Part shown: in pieces, positions 34,118 through 42,990 of the stretch
Layout: each line of letters starts with the position of its first letter
Numbering within the stretch: the first letter of the stretch is position 1
Assembly (NCBI GenBank): GCA_035486415.1
Contig: DATHNC010000057.1
Location: 119-64,118 of the forward strand
Source of the DNA: Candidatus Saccharimonadales bacterium
GTDB lineage: Bacteria; Acidobacteriota; Terriglobia; Acidiferrales; UBA7541
DNA length: 64,000 nt
Direction of reading: 5' to 3'
Notes under the pieces: model-generated
What the model was told of the DNA's origin: nothing
Seen by the model: only the letters and a program-made list of their open reading frames with translations
Databases searched by the model: none
Position numbers and translations under genes: made by a program

Positions 34118-34830
34118 TCGCGAGAATAAATGGTCGCCGCTTCTTTCAGCGGCGTCACATGCACGTCACTGGAACGAACCATCAGCCAATCCGAAACGAT
34201 CACAGCAGAAAAGCCCCCAGCCACTTGCGCGGCAATAAAACCGGGAACGTCCACCGGGCGAATTCCCGCAAAGGTATCGCTTAACATGCGCGCAATGGTC
34301 ACGGCAGGATTCGCGAAAGACGTCGACGCAGTGAACCAATATGCAGCGACAATGTACCCAGCAACCGCGAAAGGCAGCCATTCGGAAGTATATCGAGCGC
34401 ACAGTCTGATCACCAGCAGCAGCCCGAATGTAGCGACAAATTCACTGAACCACTGCGGCCGTCCTGTTCGTGCGTGATGCGATATTGAAATTGCTGGAAG
34501 CGCGAACATTAAATTGGCGCTCACCGTACCGCCAATTCCTCCGCAAATTTGGGCAACGACGTAAAGTGTCGATTCTCGTCCGTTGATTTCCCCTCGACTC
34601 CATTCCGCCAGCGATACTGCCGGATTGAAGTGGGCGCCGGAGATTGGACGAAACATCAGAATCAATGTGGCCAGCGCTGCGCCTGTCGCAAGGGTATTGG
34701 AAAGCAGGGCGATGGCAACATTTCCACCCGCAAGAAGTTCGCCCATTATGCCCGAACCGACAACCGCCGCCACCAAAAATCCTGTCCCCAGAAATTCCGA
34801 CGTGACACGTCTGCTGAGCGAAAATTTCAT
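34111..34830 (-). CDS. MIP-family channel (aquaglyceroporin, probable As(III) channel given its context)
   Basis: Two NPA boxes (HFNPAVS, FANPAVT) and six hydrophobic segments. The start overlaps the arsC stop (ATGA at 34827-34830). Confidence 0.85.
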   Translation of the reverse strand: MKFSLSRRVTSEFLGTGFLVAAVVGSGIMGELLAGGNVAIALLSNTLATGAALATLILMFRPISGAHFNPAVSLAEWSRGEINGRESTLYVVAQICGGIGGTVSANLMFALPAISISHHARTGRPQWFSEFVATFGLLLVIRLCARYTSEWLPFAVAGYIVAAYWFTASTSFANPAVTIARMLSDTFAGIRPVDVPGFIAAQVAGGFSAVIVSDWLMVRSSDVHVTPLKEAATIYSRED

Positions 34831-35312
34831 AGCAATCCTATTCGGTCAATTTCTGTCTTGACTGCTAATTGCGTGAGAGTTGAAAGGGGCAGCGATAAAA
34901 ACAGTGAAATTCGGCGATCCAGAATTAGAAAAGCTTCTCGAAACGCACGCTCAATTTCTTCGGGCGAGCCTTGAGCGGCCGCCGGGTCGTTCACCCCCCA
35001 ATGCGCCGTAATAGGCTGGCCAGGCCATAAAGGGCAAACTTCGCCGGCTGCGTTGTCGCATACGGTGATCACAAAATCCATTTTCGGCGCGCCGGCTTTC
35101 GCGAATTCATCCCAGCTTTTGCTCCGAACTTTTTCCGATGACATCCCTGACTTTTTAATTTGCTCCAGTGCTTCGGGACGTACTTCTCCTGAGGGGTGAC
35201 TGCCCGCGCTATAGGCGTTAAAATTCGGCTTTCCCTTATGATTGAGTATGGCCTCAGCCATTATCGATCGGGCCGAATTTCCGGTGCAGAGAAATAGAAT
35301 ATTGAATCGCAT
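34827..35312 (-). CDS. arsC: Arsenate reductase, LMW-PTPase / thioredoxin-coupled type
   Basis: ORF runs to 35429, but MRFNILFLCTGNSARS (CX5R P-loop) begins at the ATG at 35312, which clears the upstream gene. CDNAAGEVCP provides the Cys82/Cys89-type pair. Confidence 0.85.
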   Translation of the reverse strand: MRFNILFLCTGNSARSIMAEAILNHKGKPNFNAYSAGSHPSGEVRPEALEQIKKSGMSSEKVRSKSWDEFAKAGAPKMDFVITVCDNAAGEVCPLWPGQPITAHWGVNDPAAAQGSPEEIERAFREAFLILDRRISLFLSLPLSTLTQLAVKTEIDRIGLL

Positions 35313-35352
35313 TTTGATCCAAATCCCCGCTGTAAGTGAATCAGATTTTGCG

Positions 35353-35805
35353 CTAGACATTGGGCGCACAACAGTCGGATGCGCAACAAGTTTTTTCCGC
35401 GGGCATCTTTTCCGGAAGATTGTCTTCAAGCACGGCGAAGACTTCCCATTCGTTTCCGTCCGGATCGCTGACCCACGATTTATCCTGCAACGCGTAGCAG
35501 CACACCGTCTTCATTTCGTCTCGCGCATGAAGCCCCTGTTCTTGCCATTTTTGGCGCATAGCCAAAACCTCATCTGTGGAACCAACCTGGATTCCCAGGT
35601 GGGATAGTGTTCCGTGCCCTCCGCCCGCACTTTCATTTAGTGCAAAGTTAAGCGGCGGATTGGAGACATCAAATTTTGCGTAGCCGGTGCGTACCTTGCT
35701 CGGTTCAATTCCGAAAAGTTTGCGGTAGAACGCAACGCTGGACTCCACGTTTTTCACATGGATTGCGATATGCGCTTTGGGTACGGATGAGGAAATGGTT
35801 GTCAT
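35353..35805 (-). CDS. arsI: ArsI/CadI-family glyoxalase-fold (VOC) protein, candidate C-As lyase
   Basis: ATG at 35805 follows GGAGG. VOC fold (AHIAIHV...LSHLGIQV). Vicinal Cys pair in KTVCCYALQDKSWVSDPDGNEWEVF, as in ArsI/CadI. Cys-rich tail CCASDCCAP. Confidence 0.7.
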   Translation of the reverse strand: MTTISSSVPKAHIAIHVKNVESSVAFYRKLFGIEPSKVRTGYAKFDVSNPPLNFALNESAGGGHGTLSHLGIQVGSTDEVLAMRQKWQEQGLHARDEMKTVCCYALQDKSWVSDPDGNEWEVFAVLEDNLPEKMPAEKTCCASDCCAPNV

Positions 35806-35825
35806 GAGGCCTCCATAGAGGAACA

Positions 35826-35847
35826 ATACATACGTTCATGCGTATAT
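35826..35847. promoter_or_regulatory. Inverted repeat in the arsI/arsR divergent intergenic region (candidate ArsR operator)
   Basis: ATACATACG-TTCA-TGCGTATAT. The core ATACG...CGTAT lies between the arsI start (35805) and the arsR start (35900). Confidence 0.35.
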
Positions 35848-35899
35848 ATTCACATTAAGGGCGTTTGCTCATATTTGTCAAGCCATATACAATATTTCC

Positions 35900-36307
35900 G
35901 TGGTGCCAAAACTCAATCCCTTTACCCTCGATCTTCTCTTCCGCGCCTTAGCCGACCGCACCAGACTTCGCCTCCTGAATCTGATTGCCGATAAAGAGAT
36001 CTGCGTCTGCTATTTCGTCGAAATTTTGCGAATGAGCCAGCCGAAAATCTCGCGCCATTTGGCTTATTTACGCCGGGCAGGAATCGTGACCGCGCGCCGG
36101 CAGGGTCGCTGGATGCACTATAGGCTTGTAGTTCCCCAAGACGCAGCGGCGGCAGGAATATTGAAAGAAACTTTGTCCCATTTGCGGAAAATGCCCGTGA
36201 TGCAGATCGATGTGTCAAAGCTCGAGATAAGCTGCTGCGGCCCGAGCCCTGCCGATGCGACGCGGCAGGCACCCCAACCCCTGGTTTTCCCGACATTCAC
36301 TCCATAA
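35900..36307 (+). CDS. arsR: ArsR/SmtB family metalloregulator
   Basis: Winged HTH. LADRTRLRLLNLI...EICVCYFVEIL carries the CVC metal(loid) site, and ISRHLAYLRRAGIV is the recognition helix. Confidence 0.85.
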   Translation: MVPKLNPFTLDLLFRALADRTRLRLLNLIADKEICVCYFVEILRMSQPKISRHLAYLRRAGIVTARRQGRWMHYRLVVPQDAAAAGILKETLSHLRKMPVMQIDVSKLEISCCGPSPADATRQAPQPLVFPTFTP

Positions 36308-36429
36308 AATAAAACCTCAAATGAAGATTACTCTTTCGGGGTGTAACCTTTACGAAATTGGCACCCCAGACTTCTCGACGGGTGAGCGATGTGGTGGTAC
36401 CCTTTGGGCTTAGGTCAGCAGGAGTAATT

Positions 36430-39279
36430 GTGGCGGAATCCAACATCCATCCCGAACAGGAAGCACAGAAGCGCCGCAGCACGCGCATTGTGCAAGCTGT
36501 CCCCCTGACGGTTACAGGTGTGGACGCTCTCGGCCGCCCATTTCAGGAACGCACTTCCACGCTGATCATCAATTGCCACGGCGCGCGCTATCAATCCAAA
36601 CATTACGTTCTGAAAAATATGTGGGTCACGCTGGATGTCCCTCACAACGAACCCGGACATGCAGCGCGTTCCGTAAGAGGGCGCGTAACATGGATTCAAC
36701 GGCCGCGCACGGTGCGCGAACTTTTTCAGATTGGCGTCGAACTGGAGGTTGGCGGAAACGTCTGGGGAATTGCTTTTCCTCCCTCCGACTGGTTTCCCTT
36801 CCCCGAAGGTGGCGCCGCATCGAGCACGGATATCCCCGCGCCATCGCAACCGGCCGAATTGCCGCAAATTCATGAAATCCCGGTCCATGAAAAAATCGCT
36901 GAGGATAGAGTTCATCTAGCACACTCGCCGGAGCCGGTAAAACCCAACGTCGTTTCGATTCCGTCCGCTCCTGAACATGCGGAACCTGTCGAGGACAACG
37001 TGCGTGTTCTTCCCTTGCCCGCCGGGGAAGATGCCTCACTGCAACTCACCAGGCAGGTCGCTCGCCTCGTGGCCGAAGCGAAACAGCAAATTGAAATCGT
37101 TGCGCGCGAGAGCGCCAATCAGGCTGTGGCAGCGGAAACGCGCCCCCTTCTCGCCGCTTTGCAATCGCAATTACAGAGTGCCGCTGAAAAATCCGTAAGC
37201 GCCGCGGCTGCCGCACAATTTGAAAAATTTCAGCAGGAAACCATTCAGCGCATAGAGAAGGAACGCGAAACAGCCGTGACAGGCGTCCTCGAACAATTGT
37301 CCACTGAACTGGACGCAAAATTGAACCAGGCCCGCCTGCAAATTGACAATCAACTGGCGGTTGTTGAGCGCACTCGGCGAATGGACTTTGAACAGCAGAT
37401 TCAGACCCAGCTTCAGGCTGCGATCCACAAGATGGAAAGCCTCAGCGGAAGCATGGGCAAAAATCAGGATGAAGTCCGGGCTGTAATGGATCAACTGCGA
37501 ATTTCCTCGGCACAGGCTGCGGCGGATGAAATTAGGCGCTGGAAAGAACAGATGGACCTGCGCACATCAGAGGCCCAGGCGCGGCTCGCGGAAATGGACC
37601 AATCCGCAAGGAAGCTTGGCGAACAGATCGCCGCTGCAACCGCCGTGGGAGAAGTTGGATGGCGCGGTTTGCTGGAGGCCGATCTCGAAGCGGCCAACAC
37701 ACGCTGGCAAGAAAAAATGCAGTCATCGATTGCGGACGCTTCTCAACGCGCAGCCGAGCAAATCGCGAAAAACGCGGAAGTTTCCGCCCAACAAGTCGAG
37801 CAACAACTTCAACAACGTTTCGGCGCGTTGAATCAGGCGCATTCGCAAATTTTCGCTGAAACTGAAGGCGTTCTCATAAAATTGCGCTCCGAAATTGCCG
37901 GCGAAGCGTCAAGAGGCGACGCGGTGATTTCACAATTTCATGACTCCATCGCAGAGCTGGAGGCAAAGCGCGGCGATTTCGCAGCCCTTTTGCAGTCGAC
38001 GTCGGATGAGTGGGCGCGGCGCGGCGAAGCGATGCTCGAAGGGCAAAGCGCGGAGCTGAACCGGCGTGCGGAGTCTGCCGTAACGGGAATGTCGCAGCGT
38101 TTACAACCCATGCTCGAAGCCGCGGGCCAGGAGTCAATCGAAAAGCTGGCTGCTGAATTTGAAAATCGTTTTTCGCCGCAGATTACACAGGCCACGGAAC
38201 TCTTGAGCAAAATCGCATTCGATAGCGATCGCGCGGAGAAGGCGGCTGCCGATCATCAGCAGCGCATCTGGCAAATGTCCGATCAGGGCTTGCAGGAATC
38301 GGCTGCGCGCAGCAAGGAAATTCTCGCGGGGATCGAAAAGGATTTCGCCGAATCCGCGCGGAATGCCTCGGCAAGATGGCTGGCCGAGCTTGAGACGCGC
38401 GCCACGGAAACTTCTCACAGCACTTTTGAAACGCTGTATAAGTCGGCCGATTGGTACGAGAAAAAAATTCAAACGCAGATGCAAACCACGCTCGAAAAGG
38501 GGATGGATCAGGCCGCCGCGCGGCTTCGCGAAAAAGCCGCCGAAATGTCCGGGTTGTTCGCCAGCGAGCTGGATCATTACAGCCGGAGTTACGTCGAGCA
38601 TGCTCATGGGCAAATGCAGGAGAATGCGCGCGACGCCGCCGAACATGCTTCCCAGAAAATGGCGGAAGCGGGCGAGTCGATTGCCGCCACTTTCACGGAA
38701 CGCGCGGGCCAATTGAGCGGCGAACAATTCGATGCCTTTACCTCCAGAACCAGGGCGGCAATGGAACAGAATGCCGCCGCGATGGACGCCCATACTTCGC
38801 AAATTCGCAGCAACCTCGAAAGCGACGCTCGCGGCTTTGCCTCGGAGTTCAAGAATGCGTTGTCGCAGCATGCGGAACAAACTCTCGCCCTCGGCAAGCA
38901 AGAACTTGGGCTGCAGATTGATCAGGCCAAAGATGCCCTGCTCATCGAATCGCAATCTCTTGAACGCCATTTCCAATCCGCGCTGACCTTGCACGGTAAT
39001 TCTGCTCTTGACGAACACAAGCAGCGCCTGGAAAACGCATCGAACGCGTGGCTGTTGACTACTGTCACGAAACTGAATCAGCAATCCGACCAGCTCATTT
39101 CCGAAATGTCCGACGCCACGGAAAAGAAACTGAAAGTGGTTTGCGAAAATGTGTTTTCGGAAATGGGCGAGATCCTTCGCCAGCGTCTCGCAGGACTGGC
39201 TTCCCCATTTTCCAGCACCGCAAAGCCAGATAGATCGTCTTCGGCTTCAGGCCCTGCGAAATCAGAAGAAAAGCAGTAG
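36430..39279 (+). CDS. PilZ-like N-terminal domain fused to about 800 aa of Ala/Gln/Glu-rich coiled coil
   Basis: ORF from 36358; the GTG at 36430 follows AGGAG by 5 nt. KRRSTRI (RxxxR) and the ...LIINCHGARY... beta-barrel segment resemble PilZ. The rest is predicted helical heptad/11-mer-like sequence with no enzymatic motif. Confidence 0.7.
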   Translation: MAESNIHPEQEAQKRRSTRIVQAVPLTVTGVDALGRPFQERTSTLIINCHGARYQSKHYVLKNMWVTLDVPHNEPGHAARSVRGRVTWIQRPRTVRELFQIGVELEVGGNVWGIAFPPSDWFPFPEGGAASSTDIPAPSQPAELPQIHEIPVHEKIAEDRVHLAHSPEPVKPNVVSIPSAPEHAEPVEDNVRVLPLPAGEDASLQLTRQVARLVAEAKQQIEIVARESANQAVAAETRPLLAALQSQLQSAAEKSVSAAAAAQFEKFQQETIQRIEKERETAVTGVLEQLSTELDAKLNQARLQIDNQLAVVERTRRMDFEQQIQTQLQAAIHKMESLSGSMGKNQDEVRAVMDQLRISSAQAAADEIRRWKEQMDLRTSEAQARLAEMDQSARKLGEQIAAATAVGEVGWRGLLEADLEAANTRWQEKMQSSIADASQRAAEQIAKNAEVSAQQVEQQLQQRFGALNQAHSQIFAETEGVLIKLRSEIAGEASRGDAVISQFHDSIAELEAKRGDFAALLQSTSDEWARRGEAMLEGQSAELNRRAESAVTGMSQRLQPMLEAAGQESIEKLAAEFENRFSPQITQATELLSKIAFDSDRAEKAAADHQQRIWQMSDQGLQESAARSKEILAGIEKDFAESARNASARWLAELETRATETSHSTFETLYKSADWYEKKIQTQMQTTLEKGMDQAAARLREKAAEMSGLFASELDHYSRSYVEHAHGQMQENARDAAEHASQKMAEAGESIAATFTERAGQLSGEQFDAFTSRTRAAMEQNAAAMDAHTSQIRSNLESDARGFASEFKNALSQHAEQTLALGKQELGLQIDQAKDALLIESQSLERHFQSALTLHGNSALDEHKQRLENASNAWLLTTVTKLNQQSDQLISEMSDATEKKLKVVCENVFSEMGEILRQRLAGLASPFSSTAKPDRSSSASGPAKSEEKQ

Positions 39280-39395
39280 CCCGCGATTCCATCTTCTCCC
39301 GATTTCTTGAAATGAAATATTTCAGCCCGAATTTCTCAGAAATGCGTTTTAAGGCGCCGGATGTTTCGGCGAATAATTTCGCATGTAGCGACGTC

Positions 39396-39423
39396 GTAGG
39401 GGCACGGCATGTCGTGCCCCTAC
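39396..39423. repeat. GTAGGGGCACGGCAT-G-TCGTGCCCCTAC palindrome (copy 1 of a second repeat family)
   Basis: 28 nt near-perfect palindrome. A perfect 32 nt copy is at 55071-55102 and a related half is at 40064. Confidence 0.7.
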
Positions 39424-39595
39424 TCTAACTTCGCTGCAATCCGCTTAGTCCTATGATCGCCAGCCAATTTCACAGCAATTTGCATGGGGAAATACATGGT
39501 TGCCTTCATTGTGAAGATTTGCACTGCAGCGGAAGATACGAATCGAGGCAAGGCAGCAAGCGAGCGAAGGCGATTCGTTTGAAAGGAGACTTGCG

Positions 39596-39748
39596 ATGTT
39601 ATTGCTGATCATCCTTCTGGTTCTTTTGTTTGGCGGCGGTGGCGGCTATTACGGTTATTCGCGGTGGGGAGCGGGCGGAGGCATCGGGATTCTTGGAACC
39701 GTCCTTCTCATCGTCCTGGTCTTCTATTTGTTAGGCGGCGTACGTTAG
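39596..39748 (+). CDS. Small hydrophobic Gly-rich membrane protein (DUF3309-like, 50 aa); absent from the ORF track
   Basis: AGGAG lies 7 nt before the ATG. Translation: MLLLIILLVLLFGGGGGYYGYSRWGAGGGIGILGTVLLIVLVFYLLGGVR. Two hydrophobic helices flank a Gly/Tyr loop. Confidence 0.6.
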   Translation: MLLLIILLVLLFGGGGGYYGYSRWGAGGGIGILGTVLLIVLVFYLLGGVR

Positions 39749-39790
39749 CTGCACAGAACTGGAGCGCGGTGAACGAATAAGGGAGGAGCC

Positions 39791-39973
39791 ATGGCAAAAG
39801 AGAGTACAAAAGACGAAGTGAAGGGCAAGGCCCACGAAATCAAAGGCAAAGTGAAACAAAAAGTGGGTCGGATGATGAATAACCCTCGATTGCAAAATGA
39901 GGGAGAAGATGAGGAATTGAGCGGCACGGTCCAAAAGAAGGTTGGCCAGGTCAAAAAAGTTTTTGGAAAGTAA
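39791..39973 (+). CDS. CsbD-family general stress protein
   Basis: 60 aa. GGAGG-like RBS. KDEVKGKAHEIKGKVKQKVG...GKVQ-type Lys/Gly repeats typical of CsbD. Confidence 0.8.
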   Translation: MAKESTKDEVKGKAHEIKGKVKQKVGRMMNNPRLQNEGEDEELSGTVQKKVGQVKKVFGK

Positions 39974-40003
39974 TCGCTTGGATTTTGGGAGGCCCGTAGA
40001 AAA

Positions 40004-40028
40004 GCCGCCCGCCCAAAAAACGGGCGGC
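40004..40028 (+). terminator. GC-rich hairpin after the CsbD gene (possible terminator)
   Basis: GCCGCCCG / CGGGCGGC stem with an A-rich loop. The U-tract is present only on the opposite strand. Confidence 0.3.
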
Positions 40029-40063
40029 GTCTACAAAACCAACTGCGAAGAATTTCGATTTTC

Positions 40064-40100
40064 GTAGGGGCAACTCCGTCCCGCGTTTTTCGGGGCGGAG
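40064..40100. repeat. GTAGGGGCA-initiated hairpin related to the 39396/55071 palindromes
   Basis: GTAGGGGCA is followed by ACTCCGTCCCG-CGTTTTT-CGGGGCGGAGT (11 bp stem with one G-T pair). Confidence 0.5.
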
Positions 40101-40184
40101 TGGGCGCTGTCCCACCCTCACCGATGTAATTTCATTCAATTGTCGGCATAGACCAGCGCTTCCCGCTCAGGTTATTCTTTTCGG

Positions 40185-41201
40185 ATGGATTTCAAGTCCC
40201 TTCCCAAGATTGAACTGCATCTGCATCTGGATTGCTCGCTAAGTTACCAGGTCGTTTCCAAACTAAAACCGTCCATTACTCGCGAAGAATATCAGCACGA
40301 TTACATTGCGCCCGCACGTTGTACAAATCTCGCCGAGTTTCTTTCCCGCGCGCCGATGGGATTTCGTCTGATGCAGTCGGAAGATTCCCTTTACCTCGTA
40401 ATCGAGGATTTATTCCGGCAACTCGTCGAGGATGGCGTGATCTACGCCGAAATTCGATTCGCTCCCCTCTTGCATCTTGAGAATGGGTTGAGCGTCGAGC
40501 AAGTAGTTGCGACGGTGGAGCGGTCAGTCGAGAACCTGATCCGCGAAACAGGCATGCAGGCAGGAGTGATTCTCTGTACGCTGAGGCATTTCACGGCGGC
40601 GCAAAGTATGCAAACCGCTGAGCTCGTGGAAAAATTTCGCGGCAGCCGGGTGGTGGCGCTCGACCTTGCAGGCGACGAAGCGGGATTTCCTTTGGACGCG
40701 CATATTCGTGCATATCGCTACGCGCGCGAGCATGGCCTGAATCGCACCGCGCACGCCGGCGAAGCGCTTGGCCCCGAGAGCGTATGGGAAACACTGCGCA
40801 TGCTTGATCCACAGCGCATCGGCCACGGAACGCGCAGCATTGAAGATCCCAAACTAGTCGAACATCTGCGCCAGAATCGAATTCACCTTGAACTTTGTCC
40901 CACTGCAAACGTCCAGATAATCCCATCGATCCGCAGCATGGAGGAACATCCCATCGACCGCCTCTACCGCGCCGGCGTTTCCTTAAATATTAACTCCGAC
41001 AGCCGCATGCTCACTCCAACAACACTGACGAAGGAATACGAATTTCTCCATCGCGTTTTTAATTGGACCAAGCAAGATTTTCAGCGCGCGAATCTGATGG
41101 GATTAGACGCTGCGTTCCTTGACAACGAGGTCAAACCGCAACTCAGAGGGCGTTTTCTCGATGCGTATGGTGCGGAGACTCCTCCCTCCGGGCTGGCGTA
41201 G
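40185..41201 (+). CDS. add: Adenosine deaminase
   Basis: LPKIELHLHLD, HAGE and the SLNINSD(S) motif (metal and catalytic residues of the ADA family). Confidence 0.9.
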   Translation: MDFKSLPKIELHLHLDCSLSYQVVSKLKPSITREEYQHDYIAPARCTNLAEFLSRAPMGFRLMQSEDSLYLVIEDLFRQLVEDGVIYAEIRFAPLLHLENGLSVEQVVATVERSVENLIRETGMQAGVILCTLRHFTAAQSMQTAELVEKFRGSRVVALDLAGDEAGFPLDAHIRAYRYAREHGLNRTAHAGEALGPESVWETLRMLDPQRIGHGTRSIEDPKLVEHLRQNRIHLELCPTANVQIIPSIRSMEEHPIDRLYRAGVSLNINSDSRMLTPTTLTKEYEFLHRVFNWTKQDFQRANLMGLDAAFLDNEVKPQLRGRFLDAYGAETPPSGLA

Positions 41202-41237
41202 AGCCAGCCTTTAGCCACCTAAAACTAACGCCGCAGG

Positions 41238-42707
41238 GTGATGTATCGATGTAAGACTCGCTATGGTAGCATGCAGTACACAATGAGTACGAACGGGATA
41301 CCTCCCCAGCCAAGTTCGCATCCCGCCGAAGCTGGTGGACCATGGGCCCGTCGCAGTATGGCTGCGAAGGTCATTTCGCTGGTTCTAGGGACCTTAATCA
41401 TAGCAGCAGCGCTGTTGCTTGGCATCGATGTGATACGGCAGCCCTGGATGTGGAATCATTACATCGAGGTTCCCGCGCCACCGCGCGACATTTCACAGCA
41501 AGAAATACTGCTCCGCGAGAAACTCAACAATTATGAGAAGAGCGCGGAGGATTTGAAATCACTCGTATCATTGCTTCTCGGGTTGTCCTCACTCTACGCT
41601 CTGTCGCTGGGCGTGGCATCGTATTTCGGCGTACAAGAAGCGAAAGACCGCGCTGATGAGACCATTAGTGGACTCACCAGGTTGGAAGTAAATGCCAGGA
41701 CAAATGTGCAGGACTACGAGCGCCGTCTGGAAAAACAAACTGAAGAAGTTGAAAAACGCATCGAGACGGAAGTCTTGAATGTCCACCGGCAATTCCCGCT
41801 TTTTCGCGACATGCAAGAATCCATTCAAAAGATTGGCAATAATCTAGGGCAGTTTGTCCCCGACGGCGATTTCGGCCGGGATGTCTTTCAAAAAATCGAT
41901 GTCAAACAGCGCGTGATGATCGAATACTTTGAGAGTTCCGTCGCGGCCTTCGAATTCTTCGACCTACAGCCCTTCGAAAAAGATGTCTCGCGCGTCTACG
42001 TTATGCTGGGAAGCTACTACAGTCATAAGTACGCTCGCGAAGCCACGGAGAACAGGAGCGATTCCAAAAAGAACCCGCCGCCGGATCCTGCGGACCTGGA
42101 ACGCGCTACTTTGTATCTGAATCGCGCCCACGATGTGTTGCCAAAAAGTATCGCCCCGCTCAATGAGCTTGGCTATCTGTACGTGATTGTGATGAGCCAA
42201 AATGAAAAGGCTGTGGATTTTCTCAAGACGTCGCTCGAACTTCAAGCCAACCAGCAAAGAGCCAGACATCTTATGGCGATCATCGAGCACACGCGAGGAA
42301 CTGAAGAATTGTCGAAGGGCAATTCAGCGAATGCCATCCCACGATTCTTGGAAAGCCTCAAGTTGCTAGATTACGCGATTGACAAATGTACTCGATGGCA
42401 GGCGACCCGCGAGCATCCCCGCTATGGTAGGGCGCTCCTCTACAATCGAGCCTGCGCGCTGGCTCGGCTGGCAGAACTTGGAATCGAGACAGTCACGTAT
42501 GCCACCCGGGCAATGGACGATTTGGAATTCGTTTTTCCTACGGGACAAGAGCCTGAAGAACAGCGGGTATCAGACTTTCGAAACGATGTGAAAGACACAG
42601 GCGACCTGTGCATACTTCTTGGAATCGCAGCGACTCGGAAGCGCTTAGGGGCATTAATTCGAGAGGTATTGCCTAGTACACTAACGGATCAATCGGTTTG
42701 CCAATAG
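41238..42707 (+). CDS. Hypothetical two-TM protein with coiled-coil and TPR-like C-terminal region; start uncertain
   Basis: Hydrophobic segments VISLVLGTLIIAAALLLGI and LVSLLLGLSSLYALSLGVASYF, then a charged helical stretch and helical repeats. No catalytic motif recognised. Candidate starts at 41238, 41241 and 41358. Confidence 0.55.
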   Translation: MMYRCKTRYGSMQYTMSTNGIPPQPSSHPAEAGGPWARRSMAAKVISLVLGTLIIAAALLLGIDVIRQPWMWNHYIEVPAPPRDISQQEILLREKLNNYEKSAEDLKSLVSLLLGLSSLYALSLGVASYFGVQEAKDRADETISGLTRLEVNARTNVQDYERRLEKQTEEVEKRIETEVLNVHRQFPLFRDMQESIQKIGNNLGQFVPDGDFGRDVFQKIDVKQRVMIEYFESSVAAFEFFDLQPFEKDVSRVYVMLGSYYSHKYAREATENRSDSKKNPPPDPADLERATLYLNRAHDVLPKSIAPLNELGYLYVIVMSQNEKAVDFLKTSLELQANQQRARHLMAIIEHTRGTEELSKGNSANAIPRFLESLKLLDYAIDKCTRWQATREHPRYGRALLYNRACALARLAELGIETVTYATRAMDDLEFVFPTGQEPEEQRVSDFRNDVKDTGDLCILLGIAATRKRLGALIREVLPSTLTDQSVCQ

Positions 42708-42976
42708 TCATTGTCATTGTTCCTCACCAATCACCAAAGAAATGTGGGGCTGGCAGCCGTACTCGCATAGCACACTTCCACACATATTTTCCCCCTGCTC
42801 GGGGGCAAAGTCAATGGTTCTTCCGCGCAAAACAGGAATACCCTAAATCCACTTTCAGCAATCACTTACTGCAAAATTCACCGGCTGTTGCCGCCCATTT
42901 CAGGCAATCGAAACCGCGTTGGGAAATTGACTTTCAACCCAAAGCGCGCCCCGTTTCGGTCCCAACGCCGGTTGCC

Positions 42977-42984
42977 TGTATAAT
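42977..42984 (+). promoter_or_regulatory. Extended -10 promoter element (TGTATAAT) positioned for a leaderless transcript
   Basis: TGTATAAT ends 6 nt before the ATG at 42991. There is no Shine-Dalgarno sequence in between. Confidence 0.35.
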
Positions 42985-42990
42985 ATCCGA

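Noticed and set aside
38134-39084. 316-aa ORF antisense to the coiled-coil gene, plus several shorter ones between 36415 and 38900
   Set aside because: These are mirror frames of an Ala/Gln/Glu-rich gene. They have no RBS and no motif, and the sense frame has a strong RBS and a PilZ-like N-terminus.
39312-39425. 37-codon ORF (MKYFSPNFSEMRFK...) upstream of the DUF3309-like gene
   Set aside because: It has no RBS, and its 3' third is a translation of the GTAGGGGCACGG palindrome. It is most likely non-coding.
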